Source of the DNA: Actinomycetota bacterium
Lineage (GTDB): Bacteria; Actinomycetota; Actinomycetes; Actinomycetales; Microbacteriaceae
Direction: 5' to 3'
DNA: 64,000 nt
Assembly (NCBI GenBank): GCA_947449765.1
Contig: CANFSP010000009.1
Location: 1,266-65,265 of the forward strand
Below, one piece after another: positions 53,118 to 62,520 of the stretch. The stretch's first letter is position 1. Each line of letters opens with the position of its first letter. Under the pieces are notes generated by a model. The model was not told the origin of the DNA, did not search any database, and saw only the letters and a program-made list of their open reading frames with translations. Made by a program: the position numbers and the translations under genes.

Positions 53118-53140
53118 GAAGTGAGTCCATTCGAAACAAG

Positions 53141-53165
53141 AAAAAAGCGCGTCAGAGCGCACTTT
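53141..53165 (-). terminator. candidate intrinsic terminator after ruvB
   Basis: On the minus strand: AAAGUGCGC-UCUGAC-GCGC-UUUUUU. A short GC stem with a flanking A-tract/U-tract, between the ruvB stop and the yajC start. Confidence 0.5.
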
Positions 53166-53174
53166 GAGTATAGG

Positions 53175-54176
53175 TCACAAGAGGGTGGGCGCTTGCGGAT
53201 GCGCAATCGTCATTGGGTCAATTCCCAGATGTTCCCACCCGGCGTTTGTGATGATGCGTCCCCGCGACGAGCGAGAAATCAATCCTTCACGAACGAGGAA
53301 GGGCTCGACAACAGTCTCGATGGTTTCGCTATCCTCTCCGATGGAAACCGCAAGCGACGAGAGACCAGTCGGGCCTCCGTTAAATCTTTTGCCCAAGCTT
53401 TCTAGGTAGGACCGGTCCAGCCGATCGAGACCCCGGGAATCGACATCGTAAATGTCCAGGGTCTCCCGTGTAGCCAGGAGCGGTTCACTCGCGGGATTGA
53501 CCTCAATGAAGTCGCGTACCCGGCGCAATAAGCGGTTGGCGATGCGCGGCGTACCTCTACTTCGGCGTGCGAGTTCGGTGAGGGCATCCGGAGACAGCCG
53601 CAGATTGAGTAATTCCGAAGATCGCTCGAGCACAGAGACAAGCTCTTCGGGAGAATAAAACTCGAGATGTCCGGTGAACCCAAAGCGATCGCGGAGCGGG
53701 CCGGCCAAAGCACCCGCACGCGTGGTGGCACCCACCAACGTAAACGGTGGGATGTCGAGCGGGATTGCCGTCGCACCGACGCCCTTTCCCACCATGATGT
53801 CGACTCGAAAATCTTCCATGGCCAGGTAGAGCATCTCTTCAGCGGAACGAGCCATCCGGTGTATTTCATCAATGAAGAGCACGTCGCCCGGGAGTAGCGA
53901 CGAGAGGACGGCCGCCAAATCTCCGGCATGCGAGATAGCCGGGCCGCTGGACATGCGCAAACTGCGACCACTTTCTGCGGCCACAATCATCGCCAAGGTT
54001 GTCTTTCCGAGACCCGGCGGACCCGCCAGCAAAATGTGGTCAGGGGTTCGACCCGATTTTTGTGCCGCCACCAAAAGCAGATTGAGTTGAGCAACCACGC
54101 GTGACTGACCAACGAACTCGCGCAGGTCATGCGGACGAAGTGCACCTTCGGCGACTAACTCGTTTTCGTCGTTCAC
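53175..54176 (-). CDS. ruvB: Holliday junction branch migration helicase RuvB
   Basis: 333 aa with Walker [12 protein letters not shown] and Walker [10 protein letters not shown]. Confidence 0.98.
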   Translation of the reverse strand: MNDENELVAEGALRPHDLREFVGQSRVVAQLNLLLVAAQKSGRTPDHILLAGPPGLGKTTLAMIVAAESGRSLRMSSGPAISHAGDLAAVLSSLLPGDVLFIDEIHRMARSAEEMLYLAMEDFRVDIMVGKGVGATAIPLDIPPFTLVGATTRAGALAGPLRDRFGFTGHLEFYSPEELVSVLERSSELLNLRLSPDALTELARRSRGTPRIANRLLRRVRDFIEVNPASEPLLATRETLDIYDVDSRGLDRLDRSYLESLGKRFNGGPTGLSSLAVSIGEDSETIETVVEPFLVREGLISRSSRGRIITNAGWEHLGIDPMTIAHPQAPTLL

Positions 54177-54775
54177 GCTCTCGTTCCTCGACCGAGCGCG
54201 GCAAGTGCGGTTCGCAAGGCATCCGAGACGGAAACGTCATCTGCAAGACCCAGTTCTTCAACCGTTTGCGAGGCAACTTTAAGTGGCCAACCAAGACCGA
54301 CGAGAGCGGACACCACATCATCATCTCGGCGAGAAGACGAGGGCCGCGAATCTGCGGATGACGCTGTCGACAGAACCGCTTGGAGCTTTCCAGCAAGTTG
54401 CACGACAATGAGCTTCGCCGTCTTCGGACCGATGCCGGAAACTTTGGTGAATGGTCGATCATCCTCAGCGGTTACGGCACTGAAGATTTCCCCCGGGCTG
54501 AGCGTGGACAAAATTGCCATCGCAGAGCGCGGGCCAACTCCCGTGACACTCACGAGTGACTCGAAGAGCTGCAATTCTTCGTGACCGCTAAAACCAAAAA
54601 GCGTCAGTGAATCTTCGCGAACGACAAGGGACGTCACCACCGTCGTGTGGTCACCAATGGCGGTAACCAGCGCCAAATCTGTGGTGATGTTCACCCGATA
54701 ACCGACACCATTTACGTCGATTACTGCCCAGTCCGACCCGCACCCACGCACAATACCGGTCAGCGAAGCAATCAC
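54173..54775 (-). CDS. ruvA: Holliday junction DNA-binding protein RuvA
   Basis: 200 aa with MIASLTGIV at the N-terminus and HhH motifs ([18 protein letters not shown]). Confidence 0.96.
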   Translation of the reverse strand: MIASLTGIVRGCGSDWAVIDVNGVGYRVNITTDLALVTAIGDHTTVVTSLVVREDSLTLFGFSGHEELQLFESLVSVTGVGPRSAMAILSTLSPGEIFSAVTAEDDRPFTKVSGIGPKTAKLIVVQLAGKLQAVLSTASSADSRPSSSRRDDDVVSALVGLGWPLKVASQTVEELGLADDVSVSDALRTALAALGRGTRA

Positions 54776-54793
54776 GCTGTCAGACTAAAGCGC

Positions 54794-55381
54794 TCATCCT
54801 CGACGACGGCTCAGGCGCTCCGCTTCACGCCATTTCTGCTGCGCCGGGGTCAACGAGGACTGCGGGGACGTGAGCCCTTCCTCTTCTCCCCCGGAGATCA
54901 ACCCTCCCGCTCCGCCTCGCCACGCATTCGTGATTGCGAGTGCAAGAGCGTCCGTCGCATCGGGCAACATGCCGGCGGTATCAATACCGAGCAGGCGCGC
55001 CACCATGCCCGCGACCTGCTGTTTTGTCGCCCGGCCAGTTCCGGTGACGGCGGCTTTGACTTCGCTCGGCGTGTGTAAATCAACCGGGATTCCGCGCTCT
55101 GCGGCGGCAACGATGGCCAAACCGCTCACCTGAGCAACCGACATCACCGTGCGCACGTTGAGTTGCGAAAACACCCGTTCGAGGGCAAATCGTTCGGGTT
55201 GGAACTGTTCAAGTGCTGCTCGAATGCCCTCGTTGAGTGTCATGAGCCGCTGGGCCAACGGATCGCCCGATGGCGTCGTAATCACGTCCACGGACACCAG
55301 AGTCAGGCGCCTGGCTGAATCGACATCAATAACGCCGACACCGCATCGCGTCATGCCCGGGTCAATACCGAGGATGCGCAT
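54794..55381 (-). CDS. ruvC: crossover junction endodeoxyribonuclease RuvC
   Basis: 195 aa with MRILGIDPGMTRCGVGVI at the N-terminus. Confidence 0.96.
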   Translation of the reverse strand: MRILGIDPGMTRCGVGVIDVDSARRLTLVSVDVITTPSGDPLAQRLMTLNEGIRAALEQFQPERFALERVFSQLNVRTVMSVAQVSGLAIVAAAERGIPVDLHTPSEVKAAVTGTGRATKQQVAGMVARLLGIDTAGMLPDATDALALAITNAWRGGAGGLISGGEEEGLTSPQSSLTPAQQKWREAERLSRRRG

Positions 55382-55394
55382 CCGGACGCTGCGC

Positions 55395-56150
55395 CTAGTC
55401 GTTCTCGAGTTCGGCGAGAACTTCTGGGCTCAAGTCGAAATTGGCATAGACATTTTGCACGTCATCGCTATCCTCAAGCGCTTCAATAAGTCGAAACACT
55501 TTTCGGGCCGTTTCGGCATCAACCGGTACTTCAAGATTGGGCACGAATTCGCTGTCGGCAGATTCGTAATCGATACCAGCCGCTTGAAGTGCCTCGCGGA
55601 CGACGACCATATCGCTCGGATCGGTAATAATTTCAAACTGTTCGCCGTGGTTATCGACATCTTCGGCACCGGCTTCCAGCACAGCGGAGAGAACGGCCTC
55701 TTCACTGGTGCCGGCAGCGGAAACGCGAATGACTCCCTTACGAGCGAAGTTATAAGCAACCGACCCCGGATCCGCGAGCGTGCCGTTGTTCTTTTTCAAC
55801 GCCTCGCGCACTTCGGCCGCAGCACGGTTGCGATTATCCGTCAGACACTCAACAAGAAGGGCCACTCCCTGAGGACCATACGCCTCGTACATGATGTTCG
55901 TGTACTCAACCGAATCACCCGTGAGTCCCGCGCCACGCTTAATTGCGCGTTCGATGTTGTCATTTGGCACACTCGTCTTTTTGGCTTTTTGCACGGCGTC
56001 ATAAAGCGTCGGATTGCCGCCAAGGTCGGCGCCACCAAGTCGAGCCGCGACCTCAATGTTCTTAATGAGTTTGGCGAACGACTTTGCTCGACGTGCATCG
56101 ATGACAGCTTTTTTATGCTTAGTGGTTGCCCATTTGGAATGTCCAGACAT
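55395..56150 (-). CDS. yebC: YebC/PmpR family transcriptional regulator
   Basis: 251 aa with [15 protein letters not shown] at the N-terminus. Confidence 0.95.
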   Translation of the reverse strand: MSGHSKWATTKHKKAVIDARRAKSFAKLIKNIEVAARLGGADLGGNPTLYDAVQKAKKTSVPNDNIERAIKRGAGLTGDSVEYTNIMYEAYGPQGVALLVECLTDNRNRAAAEVREALKKNNGTLADPGSVAYNFARKGVIRVSAAGTSEEAVLSAVLEAGAEDVDNHGEQFEIITDPSDMVVVREALQAAGIDYESADSEFVPNLEVPVDAETARKVFRLIEALEDSDDVQNVYANFDLSPEVLAELEND

Positions 56151-56173
56151 GGTTTTATTTTAGCTTTTCCGGC

Positions 56174-56773
56174 TCAGGTGAGATGCTCACGAACGACGCC
56201 TAAGAAGTATTCATGAAGTTGCGTTTCACCCTCAACTTCGGGATGGAACGAAACACCGATGACGTTGCCCGACTGTACCGCCACAATTCGACCGTCGGCC
56301 AACTGACCAAGGACTCTGACGCCCTCGCCGACCCGGGTCACGATGGGAGCACGAATAAAGGCCGCTCGAAGTGGGCGTGGCGAAACCTCAGGCAGATTAA
56401 CCTCGGTTTCGAATGAATCGACCTGAGCACCGAAGGCATTGCGTTGCACCGTGATGTCAAGTGAGCGAAACGTTCGCTGTCCGTCAATCCCATCGGTCAG
56501 GTCGTTTGCCAGCATGATGAGCCCAGCGCAGGTTCCGAGTACCGGCATCCCGTCGGCAATTCGATCGGATATCGGTTCAGCCAGCTCGAACATTCGCGTG
56601 AGCTTGTCGATCACGCTTGACTCTCCACCCGGAATGACTAGGGCGTCCACCTCAGCCAGATGCGCGGGAAGACGAACCTGAACGACTCGAGCACCCAACT
56701 GTTCCAGAACTTCGAGGTGTTCACGCACGTCGCCCTGGAGTGCGAGAACGCCGATTATCGGTTCACGGGACAT
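56174..56773 (-). CDS. pdxT: pyridoxal 5'-phosphate synthase glutaminase subunit
   Basis: The ATG at 56773 gives MSREPIIGVLALQGDVREH.... GATase Cys in GTCAGLI. The longer track ORF overlaps pdxS. Confidence 0.93.
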   Translation of the reverse strand: MSREPIIGVLALQGDVREHLEVLEQLGARVVQVRLPAHLAEVDALVIPGGESSVIDKLTRMFELAEPISDRIADGMPVLGTCAGLIMLANDLTDGIDGQRTFRSLDITVQRNAFGAQVDSFETEVNLPEVSPRPLRAAFIRAPIVTRVGEGVRVLGQLADGRIVAVQSGNVIGVSFHPEVEGETQLHEYFLGVVREHLT

Positions 56774-56801
56774 CGATGCACGAGCCTCATCACACCAACG
56801 A

Positions 56802-57695
56802 CTACCAGCCGCGTTCGGCCAAGCGGTGCGGGGCGGGCAAATCACTGACGTTGATACCGACCATTGCCTCACCAAGTCCTCGCGAGGCGTCGGTGATTAC
56901 GGATGCGTCTTCAAACTGCGCCACGGCCTTGACGATGGCCTTCGCCCGCGCCTCGGGGTTGCCTGACTTGAAAATACCCGAGCCCACGAACACGCCATCG
57001 GCACCCAATTGCATCATCATCGCGGCGTCAGCTGGGGTGGCAACACCGCCAGCGGTAAAGAGCACGACCGGGAGTTTGCCCGTCGAGGCAACCTCGGCAA
57101 CCAGCGCGTAGGGGGCTTGCAGCTCTTTCGCGGCGACGTAGAGTTCATCCGGCGACATAGAGGTAAGAGCGCGGATTTCACCATTGATTTTGCGGATGTG
57201 CTTCGTGGCTTCGGAGACGTCACCGGTGCCAGCTTCACCTTTCGAGCGAATCATGGCAGCACCCTCGTTAATCCGTCGCAGCGCTTCGCCAAGGTTTGTG
57301 GCTCCACACACGAACGGCACAGTGAAATTCCACTTGTCAATGTGGTTGACGTAGTCCGCAGGGCTGAGAACTTCCGACTCGTCGATGTAGTCAACCTTGA
57401 GGTGCTCGAGAACCTGAGCCTCGACAAAGTGGCCAATACGCGCCTTAGCCATCACCGGAATCGATACGGTGGCGATGATCTGTTCGATGAGGTCTGGGTC
57501 GCTCATGCGCGCGACGCCACCCTGAGCCCGAATGTCCGCGGGCACACGCTCAAGCGCCATTACGGCAACCGCACCGGCATCTTCGGCAATCTTTGCTTGC
57601 TCGGCGGTGACAACATCCATGATGACACCACCCTTAAGCATTTCTGCCAAACCGCGCTTAACGCGGTCGCTGCCAAATTCGTTTGTGTGAGCCAT
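56802..57695 (-). CDS. pdxS: pyridoxal 5'-phosphate synthase lyase subunit
   Basis: The ATG at 57695 gives [28 protein letters not shown]..., the canonical PdxS start. The N-terminal extension of the 351-aa track ORF is not PdxS-like. Confidence 0.95.
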   Translation of the reverse strand: MAHTNEFGSDRVKRGLAEMLKGGVIMDVVTAEQAKIAEDAGAVAVMALERVPADIRAQGGVARMSDPDLIEQIIATVSIPVMAKARIGHFVEAQVLEHLKVDYIDESEVLSPADYVNHIDKWNFTVPFVCGATNLGEALRRINEGAAMIRSKGEAGTGDVSEATKHIRKINGEIRALTSMSPDELYVAAKELQAPYALVAEVASTGKLPVVLFTAGGVATPADAAMMMQLGADGVFVGSGIFKSGNPEARAKAIVKAVAQFEDASVITDASRGLGEAMVGINVSDLPAPHRLAERGW

Positions 57696-57750
57696 CAGAT
57701 TTCTCGCTTCGAATAGGGTGGCCACTTCGGATGAAGTTACCGTGGATGAA

Positions 57751-58344
57751 TTAGTTGTGTGCGCTGTTGTCCCAAGCAGCGGCAAGCGCGTTTCGCATGT
57801 CACCGAGGAGACGTGGCATTGCTTTGGTCTTGGCGATAATCGGCATAAAGTTCGCATCGGTCGCCCAACGCGGTACTACATGCTGGTGCAAGTGACCCGC
57901 GACTCCAGCTCCGGCAACTGCGCCTTGGTTCATTCCAATGTTAAAGCCTTGACTGCCGCTGATGTGACGAATCACTCGCATCGCCTGTTGAGTCAGACTA
58001 CCTATCTCCGCGATTTCTTCCGCAGTCGCCTCGTCATACAGCGCAACATGACGGTACGGACAAATGAGAACATGCCCACTGTTGTACGGATAAAGATTCA
58101 TGACCACGTAGGCCAACTCACCCCGTCGAACAATGAGACCCTGCTCATCTGAGAGCTGTGGCATGGCGCAGAACGGGCAGTTGTCCTCGTGAACACCAGG
58201 TCCATCCGTGATGTACGCGATGCGATGAGGTGTCCAGAGACGCTGAAATTCATCAGGCACTCCCGCGAACTTCCCCGCTAGCTCCGGCTCACCCTGAGCG
58301 AACTCGTCCGGACCATAGTGATTACTCACGCGAAAGATCCTCAT
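57751..58344 (-). CDS. HIT-family nucleotide phosphorylase/hydrolase (Ap4A-phosphorylase-like)
   Basis: 197 aa with the histidine triad [11 protein letters not shown] and LNLYPYN-like [11 protein letters not shown]. It lies immediately downstream of thrS, as Rv2613c does in M. tuberculosis. An alternative GTG start exists at 58329. Confidence 0.85.
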   Translation of the reverse strand: MRIFRVSNHYGPDEFAQGEPELAGKFAGVPDEFQRLWTPHRIAYITDGPGVHEDNCPFCAMPQLSDEQGLIVRRGELAYVVMNLYPYNSGHVLICPYRHVALYDEATAEEIAEIGSLTQQAMRVIRHISGSQGFNIGMNQGAVAGAGVAGHLHQHVVPRWATDANFMPIIAKTKAMPRLLGDMRNALAAAWDNSAHN

Positions 58345-60328
58345 CGGTCATGACTTGCCGGTGCTCGGAAATGGCTCGCGTGATGAGATGGACCACGTCG
58401 TCAACGGGGATGCCGTTTCGCTGCGATCCGTCTCGGAATCTAATGGATACCGCTCCGTTGCTACGGTCTTCCTCACCAGCGATGAGAACAAGTGGCGTCT
58501 TGGACACGGATGCGTTGCGAATCTTTTTTTGCATCCGGTCGTCTGAACTGTCGAGTTCGATGCGCACGCCCGCCACGCGCAATTTTGCGAGGACGTCAGA
58601 TAAGTAATCGGCGTACTCATCGGCGACGGGGATACCGACAACCTGAACCGGAGAGAGCCACAGCGGGAATGCGCCGGCATAGTGTTCCGTCAAGACCCCG
58701 AAAAAGCGCTCGATGGAGCCGAACAGAGCTCGGTGAATCATGACCGGACGGTGCCGATTGCCATCCGGCCCGGTGTACTCGAGTTCAAAACGCTCAGGCA
58801 GGTTGAAGTCGAGCTGAATCGTCGACATCTGCCAGGTGCGGCCGATAGCGTCGCGAGCCTGAACGGAAATCTTGGGGCCGTAGAAGGCGGCACCGCCCGG
58901 GTCAGGTACCAGGTTGAGACCTGACTCCTCGGCAACGCTGCGAAGAGTTTCGGTTGCTTCCTCCCAGATCTCGTCATCACCGACATACTTGTTCGGATCC
59001 TTCGTAGAGAGCTCAAGATAGAAGTCATCGAGACCGTAGTCACGGAGAAGGTCGAGCACAAAAGTCAACACCTTCGAGAGCTCATCCTTCATGGTTTCGC
59101 GCGTCGTGAAGATATGAGCGTCATCTTGGGTCATACCACGCACACGGGTGAGTCCGTGAACCACGCCCGACTTCTCGTAGCGATACACCGATCCGAACTC
59201 GAACATTCGCAAAGGAAGGTCACGATAACTTTTACCTCGCGACCGATAAATCAGAATGTGGAACGGACAGTTCATCGGCTTGAGGTAATACTGGGCACCC
59301 GCACGCGTGATCTGACCCTCGTCATTGCGAATTTCATCGAGGTTCATCGGCGGGAACATGCCGTCGGCATACCAGCTCAAGTGTCCTGACTGTTCGAAGA
59401 GGTTCGACTTCGTGATGTGAGGAGTGTAGACAAACTCATAGCCAGACTCTTCGTGCTTTCGCCGCGAATAGTCCTCCATCGTGCGGCGAATGATGCCGCC
59501 TTTGGGATGGAAGACAGGAAGCCCGGAACCAACTTCATCGGGGAAGGAAAAGAGATCGAGTTCGACACCGAGTCGCCGGTGGTCGCGCTTGAGCGCCTCC
59601 TCAATTCGGGTCTGATAATCACGCAACTCGTCTTTAGTCGGCCACGCCGTTCCATAGATGCGTTGCAGCTGAGGATTTTTCTCGCTACCTCGCCAGTAGG
59701 CTGCAGCTACTCGCGTGAGGGCAAACGCGTTGCCCACCATGCGCGTGCTGGGTACGTGAGGACCCCGACAGAGATCCTTCCACGCCGTCTCCCCCGTTGC
59801 GGGATCAACATTGTCGTAAATCGTGAGTTCAGCTCCGCCGACCTCGACACTTTCGTTGTCGTCACCGGTGTTGCCACCCTTGAGACCGATGAGTTCGAGT
59901 TTGTAAGGCTCTCCGGCTAGCTCCGTGCGGGCATCCTCATCGCTTACCACCCGGCGGGTGAAGCGTTGGCCGGCGCGCACAATACGCTCCATCTGCTTCT
60001 CAATGGCTTTGAGATCCTCCGGAGTGAACGGCTCAGCCACATCAAAGTCGTAGTAGAAGCCATCCGTGACCGGTGGACCAATACCCAGTTTTGCTTCCGG
60101 GTTGATGTTTTGCACTGCCTGAGCGAGCACGTGAGCTGTTGAGTGCCGCAGGATGTTGAGGCCGTCGGGCGAGGAGATGTGGACACCCTCGACTGTGTCA
60201 CCGGGAAGAAGCGCATGCGCGAGATCGCGAAGTTCCCCATTGACTCGCATGGCGATGATGCTGCGGTCAGTGAAGAGCGGGAAACCGTCACTCGGGGCAG
60301 AAACGGTGATGGGGGTGGTTTCAGTCAT
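58322..60328 (-). CDS. thrS: threonine--tRNA ligase
   Basis: 668 aa with TGS-like and editing domains ([11 protein letters not shown]), class II core motifs and a C-terminal anticodon-binding domain. Confidence 0.98.
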   Translation of the reverse strand: MTETTPITVSAPSDGFPLFTDRSIIAMRVNGELRDLAHALLPGDTVEGVHISSPDGLNILRHSTAHVLAQAVQNINPEAKLGIGPPVTDGFYYDFDVAEPFTPEDLKAIEKQMERIVRAGQRFTRRVVSDEDARTELAGEPYKLELIGLKGGNTGDDNESVEVGGAELTIYDNVDPATGETAWKDLCRGPHVPSTRMVGNAFALTRVAAAYWRGSEKNPQLQRIYGTAWPTKDELRDYQTRIEEALKRDHRRLGVELDLFSFPDEVGSGLPVFHPKGGIIRRTMEDYSRRKHEESGYEFVYTPHITKSNLFEQSGHLSWYADGMFPPMNLDEIRNDEGQITRAGAQYYLKPMNCPFHILIYRSRGKSYRDLPLRMFEFGSVYRYEKSGVVHGLTRVRGMTQDDAHIFTTRETMKDELSKVLTFVLDLLRDYGLDDFYLELSTKDPNKYVGDDEIWEEATETLRSVAEESGLNLVPDPGGAAFYGPKISVQARDAIGRTWQMSTIQLDFNLPERFELEYTGPDGNRHRPVMIHRALFGSIERFFGVLTEHYAGAFPLWLSPVQVVGIPVADEYADYLSDVLAKLRVAGVRIELDSSDDRMQKKIRNASVSKTPLVLIAGEEDRSNGAVSIRFRDGSQRNGIPVDDVVHLITRAISEHRQVMTDEDLSRE

Positions 60329-60393
60329 GGATTACGACTCCAGCTCAGTGAACACAGCTCCTCAAGCCTAAGGCAGATGTGGTGAGCCGATTT

Positions 60394-60604
60394 GCGCGTC
60401 GCAACGCGACGCGAAGTCACTGGTTCGACACAAACTCTGGTGGGCGATACTGGGTTCGAACTAGCGCGGCGCATCGCGACGCGAAGTCACTGGTTCGACA
60501 CAAACTCTGGTGGGCGATACTGGGTTCGAACTAGCGCGGCGCAACGCGACGCGAAGTCACTGGTTCGACACAAACTTTGGTGGGCGATACTGGGTTCGAA
60601 CCAG
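60394..60604 (-). repeat. tandem direct repeat, 3 x 70 bp, each unit carrying the 3'-terminal 24 nt of tRNA-Val(GAC)
   Basis: Units 60394-60463, 60464-60533 and 60534-60603 differ at 2-3 positions. TGGTGGGCGATACTGGGTTCGAAC occurs at 60438-60461, 60508-60531 and 60578-60601. Only the last copy continues into a complete tRNA. Confidence 0.95.
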
Positions 60605-60652
60605 TGACCTCTTCCGTGTCAGGGAAGCGCGCTACCGCTGCGCCAATCGCCC
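60578..60652 (-). tRNA. tRNA-Val (anticodon GAC), CCA encoded
   Basis: The reverse complement folds as GGGCGAT-TG-GCGC-AGCGGTA-GCGC-G-CTTCC-CTGACAC-GGAAG-AGGTC-ACTGG-TTCGAAC-CCAGT-ATCGCCC-A-CCA. Confidence 0.95.
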
Positions 60653-60699
60653 AGATGAAACCGAAGTTTCTCCTGGCCAGGACCTTGCGGTCCTGTTTG

Positions 60700-60770
60700 A
60701 GGTGGATACCGGATTCGAACCGGTGTTGACGGCTTTGCAGGCCGCTGCCTCGCCTCTCGGCCAATCCACC
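60700..60770 (-). tRNA. tRNA-Cys (anticodon GCA), CCA not encoded
   Basis: Reverse complement: GGTGGAT...GCGGC-CTGCAAA-GCCGT-CAAC-ACCGG-TTCGAAT-CCGGT-ATCCACC-T. 7-bp acceptor stem, U discriminator. Confidence 0.92.
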
Positions 60771-60822
60771 GTGCGTGAGTTAACACACCACCTGCGTGAG
60801 CCGTCCCGTAGGACCCAACTCG

Positions 60823-60895
60823 AGCGGATGACGAGACTCGAACTCGCGACCCTAACCTTGGCAAGGTTATGCGCTACCAACTGCGCCACATCCGC
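60823..60895 (-). tRNA. tRNA-Gly (anticodon GCC), CCA not encoded
   Basis: Reverse complement: GCGGATG-TG-GCGC-AGTTGGTA-GCGC-A-TAACC-TTGCCAA-GGTTA-GGGTC-GCGAG-TTCGAGT-CTCGT-CATCCGC-T. Confidence 0.94.
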
Positions 60896-61084
60896 ATGCA
60901 TTCTTCCGAACGCATTCACGACTCTAGCCGGACTCCGTCACGAACGCAAAACTCACACGCCGCAATTCCTCGTTCCACTCGAACCGGGCTGCGACAACTA
61001 TCTGAACGGCCTCACGTCATCTCTCAGCCTGCTCAATGTCGATAGACTTGCGTCGTCGAGAGTCACTCAGGTGATCACGACATT

Positions 61085-61160
61085 GGGCGATTGGCGCAGT
61101 TGGTAGCGCGCTTCCTTCACACGGAAGAGGTCATCAGTTCGAGTCTGGTATCGCCCACCA
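61085..61160 (+). tRNA. tRNA-Val (anticodon CAC), CCA encoded
   Basis: GGGCGAT-TG-GCGC-AGTTGGTA-GCGC-G-CTTCC-TTCACAC-GGAAG-AGGTC-ATCAG-TTCGAGT-CTGGT-ATCGCCC-A-CCA. Divergent from the Gly-Cys-Val cluster. Confidence 0.95.
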
Positions 61161-61170
61161 ACGGCTCTCG

Positions 61171-62436
61171 CTAGTAGTCCCGGTCCATGGCATAGCCTTC
61201 TTCGCCGTGCAGAATCGTGTCGATGCCGGCGAGTTCGTCCTCATTGCGCACGCGGAATCCCATTGTTTTGTCAATGACTGTTCCGATGATCCACGTCGCA
61301 CCGAAGCTGTACACCATGACAACGAGGCAGCCCAAAGCTTGAGCACCGAGCTGCCCAAATGAGCCGGTGTACAGGAGTCCAACATCCACTCCCACGAGTC
61401 CGATCATGAGCGTTCCGATAACGCCACCGACCAGGTGAATTCCGACAACATCGAGTGAGTCATCAAATCCGAGTCGGAATTTCAGTTCAACCGCCAGAGC
61501 GCAGACCACGCCGGCGATAAAGCCCATGACGAGTCCCCAAAGTGGATGAAGGAAAGCGCACGCGGGGGTAGCAGCGACGAGGCCAGCAACGGCTCCCGAC
61601 GCGGCACCGACCGAGGTCGCTTTGCCGTCTTTGAGTCGCTCTACGATGAGCCAGCCCAAAATACCGGCCGCGGGCGCGGCGAGCGTATTGACGAAAGCCG
61701 TTGTCGCGACGTCGTCTGCCGCCAGTGCTGAGCCCGCATTGAATCCAAACCAGCCAAACCAGAGAAGACCAGCCCCGAGCAAAACAAAGGGGACGTTATG
61801 CGGCTTATGTATCCCTTTGGCAAACCCGACTCGTTTACCCAGAACCAATGCCAGCGCCAGCGCAGCGGCACCGGAGTTGATCTCCACCACAGTTCCCCCG
61901 GCAAAATCAAGCAAGCCAAAATTAGTCGCGAGCCAGCCGCCGTTGACGATGTTGCCCTGATCATCTCGGACGATGTTGAACACCCAGTTCGAAATTGGGA
62001 AGTAGACAAAAGTTGCCCAGAGCGCCGAGAAGACCAGCCATGCACCGAACTTGGCCCGGTCAGCAATCGCACCGGAGATGAGGGCCGTTGTGATGATGGC
62101 GAAGGTGGCCTGGAATGCCGAAAAAGCGAGAACAGGAACACCCGTTGACGTCACCGGCGCGGAGAAGAGATCTTCGAGTCCGATTCCGCCGAGATTGATG
62201 CCGAAGACCCCGTTCCAGCCGACAAATGTGGAGTCAGCAGAACTCGAAAATGCGATGGCGTGTCCGTAGACAATCCACAGCGTGCCCACGACGGCGAGGG
62301 CGCCGAAGCTGAGCATCATCATCGACACGACGCTCTTAGCGCGAACCAAGCCGCCGTAGAAGAAGGCGAGAGCTGGCGTCATCATGAGGACGAGCGCTGC
62401 GGAAATGAGAACGAATGCGGTATTGCCTGCGGACAT
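61171..62436 (-). CDS. amt: ammonium transporter (Amt family), Glu/His variant of the twin-His pore motif
   Basis: 421 aa with 11 TM helices and AFFYGGL, AIADRAKFGAW and WFGWFGFNAGS motifs. It has DFAGGTVVEINSG where E. coli AmtB has DFAGGTVVHINAA (codon GAG at 61882-61884). The second pore His (VGIHLVGG) is present. GGAGG Shine-Dalgarno 6 nt upstream of the ATG. Confidence 0.95.
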   Translation of the reverse strand: MSAGNTAFVLISAALVLMMTPALAFFYGGLVRAKSVVSMMMLSFGALAVVGTLWIVYGHAIAFSSSADSTFVGWNGVFGINLGGIGLEDLFSAPVTSTGVPVLAFSAFQATFAIITTALISGAIADRAKFGAWLVFSALWATFVYFPISNWVFNIVRDDQGNIVNGGWLATNFGLLDFAGGTVVEINSGAAALALALVLGKRVGFAKGIHKPHNVPFVLLGAGLLWFGWFGFNAGSALAADDVATTAFVNTLAAPAAGILGWLIVERLKDGKATSVGAASGAVAGLVAATPACAFLHPLWGLVMGFIAGVVCALAVELKFRLGFDDSLDVVGIHLVGGVIGTLMIGLVGVDVGLLYTGSFGQLGAQALGCLVVMVYSFGATWIIGTVIDKTMGFRVRNEDELAGIDTILHGEEGYAMDRDY

Positions 62437-62470
62437 GTGTACCTCCGAAGAATCATTGTCGGAGGCATGT

Positions 62471-62508
62471 ATTTCAGCCGAGCGCCTGAAATGTTTCGTA
62501 CGTGTTAC
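62471..62508 (-). promoter_or_regulatory. GlnR-type operator upstream of the downstream amt gene
   Basis: The gene-sense strand reads GTAAC-acgtac-GAAAC-atttca-GGCGC-tcggct-GAAAT, matching the two-box gTnAc-n6-GaAAc architecture. It lies 35-72 nt upstream of the ATG at 62436. Confidence 0.6.
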
Positions 62509-62520
62509 GAGCGCGACGCA

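Noticed and set aside
60394-60604. Possible CRISPR array, given the regularly spaced repeats.
   Set aside because: The 'spacers' are nearly identical to one another, there are only three units, the repeat is tRNA-derived, and no cas genes are present in the window.
60653-60699. Small hairpin CAGGACC-TTGC-GGTCCTG between tRNA-Val(GAC) and tRNA-Cys.
   Set aside because: It is probably an ordinary inter-tRNA processing spacer. It is too short, and without comparative data it cannot be called a distinct element.
60392-61106. Plus-strand ORFs across the tRNA cluster (60392-60607 and 60510-61106) whose products contain the repeated peptide VGDTGFELARR, and minus-strand ORFs at 60531-60919.
   Set aside because: The peptide repeat is only the translation of the 70-bp DNA repeat. 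The ORFs run straight through four canonical tRNA genes and have no ribosome-binding sites.
60329-61170. Integrated prophage or genomic island at the tRNA cluster.
   Set aside because: No integrase, transposase or foreign-looking gene is adjacent. The tRNAs are flanked directly by thrS and amt. Only the short tRNA-fragment repeats remain, and these are reported as a finding instead.
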